DNA from: Nitrosopumilus sp.
GTDB lineage: Archaea; Thermoproteota; Nitrososphaeria; Nitrososphaerales; Nitrosopumilaceae
Reading direction: 5' to 3'
Assembly: GCA_965207445.1 (NCBI GenBank)
Contig: CBDBLX010000002.1
Coordinates: 2,327,849 to 2,391,848, forward strand
Length of the DNA stretch: 64,000 nucleotides
Shown here: piece by piece, positions 63,142 to 64,000 of the stretch
How positions within the stretch are numbered: the first letter of the stretch is position 1
How the letters are laid out: the number at the start of each line of letters is the position of its first letter
Notes under the pieces: model-generated
Told to the model about the DNA's origin: nothing
What the model saw: the letters and a program-made list of their open reading frames with translations, nothing else
Databases searched by the model: none
Translations under genes and position numbers: made by a program

Positions 63142-64000
63142 TTGATTTCAAAAAATCGAATAAGTGACTTGTATGCCGCAATTGGCCTTGACTATGAACT
63201 GGGCTATGAAGTGTCACCCACATTTTCCACAAAACCGCCACGAACCGGTTGGCAGGCGCTGTTTTTTGAAGTCGATTCGAGACTAGGAATATACCACCTG
63301 AACACACATGAGAAGAGCATATCAGCGCTCCGAACATTCGTGGGAGGAATAAAAGCAGATCATTTTGTCATTACTGCATCACTCAAAGATCATGACTGTC
63401 TATTCATCAAAAATTTTCGTAGGGGCAACAAAACAAAATACCACACGTTTTCTTTGCGCAAGGACTCTGAATACAAAAAGGCAATAGCCGTATTTCGAAA
63501 GTACACTTTGACCACAGATATACTCACTGCACATGCAGGACTTGCAGATATCTTGAAGGATATGGCCACCTCCAGCGAGTCATTTACTAACAGGGGGTTA
63601 TTCTCCACATATTATCTTGAGAATCGTATGTTCAAAGATCTTGTTCACACGAAAAAAAGGAAGATAATAAAAGAGGTTATACCCGTACTAGAAGCACTTA
63701 GAACACCTGAACAGAAAATTATATCTTTGCTCAAAGCGCTTGGATATGAGTTACGAGAAAAAAAGAATGGATATACTCTGTTGGTAAATGAAATTCCGGC
63801 ATCAAGTATAGTGGTATCTGACCGCCACAATCTAGATGTAAGGTATGACGAGGGAGTGCCTAGCATGCAGGCCGTGGCGGCGCTCTCAGACCATGAGTGG
63901 GTGATGCTTACCAATGGACGCATATGGAGGATGTATTCATCAAAGGTGTCTTCTGCAAGCACGAATTACTTTGAGGTGGATCTTGAACAGGTAGATGATG
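63142..64000 (+). CDS. Type IIG restriction-modification enzyme, N-terminal part (runs off the window)
   Basis: Open frame from TTG 63142 to the end with FTNRGLFSTYYL, WVMLTNGRIWRMY and YFEVDL; absent from the ORF track because no stop falls in the window. Confidence 0.75.
   Translation, partial: MISKNRISDLYAAIGLDYELGYEVSPTFSTKPPRTGWQALFFEVDSRLGIYHLNTHEKSISALRTFVGGIKADHFVITASLKDHDCLFIKNFRRGNKTKYHTFSLRKDSEYKKAIAVFRKYTLTTDILTAHAGLADILKDMATSSESFTNRGLFSTYYLENRMFKDLVHTKKRKIIKEVIPVLEALRTPEQKIISLLKALGYELREKKNGYTLLVNEIPASSIVVSDRHNLDVRYDEGVPSMQAVAALSDHEWVMLTNGRIWRMYSSKVSSASTNYFEVDLEQVDD

Overview
AT-rich archaeal DNA from an ammonia-oxidising Nitrososphaerota (Nitrosopumilaceae-like). A host-associated or sponge-symbiont lifestyle is suggested by IS/MITE debris, simple-repeat expansions and a GC-rich adhesin, but that is inference. 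Positions 1-45.8 kb are mostly core genes: amoB and candidate amoY/amoZ, rps15, RecJ-like DHH, pcc1, serS, rps3ae, geranylgeranyl reductase, MoxR/VWA pair, cysteine synthase-like, TBP, P-II, Dus, three thrombospondin type 3 repeat proteins, taw1, rdgB, bud32, kae1, ychF, tgtA, ferredoxin, beta-CASP RNase and OGG1. From tRNA-Arg(TCT) at 45759 to the window end lies a decayed island. It holds tandem integrative units bounded by copies of the tRNA 3' end, tyrosine-integrase remnants, IS630/ISH3/IS5 elements, three MITE families, a NucS-like/DUF5655 nuclease and a type IIG R-M gene. The most striking signal is four DUF3800 genes (three divergent types). Each is immediately followed on the opposite strand by a TATA-preceded ~57-68 nt element that folds into the same three-way junction (UACGG... 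closing stem ...GGAYCG), with G-U pairs favouring the antisense strand. This is a candidate protein plus small-RNA module, and three of the four proteins carry independent inactivating lesions. A 37-bp duplication around a 36-bp insert in the integrase remnant resembles an off-target CRISPR spacer integration.
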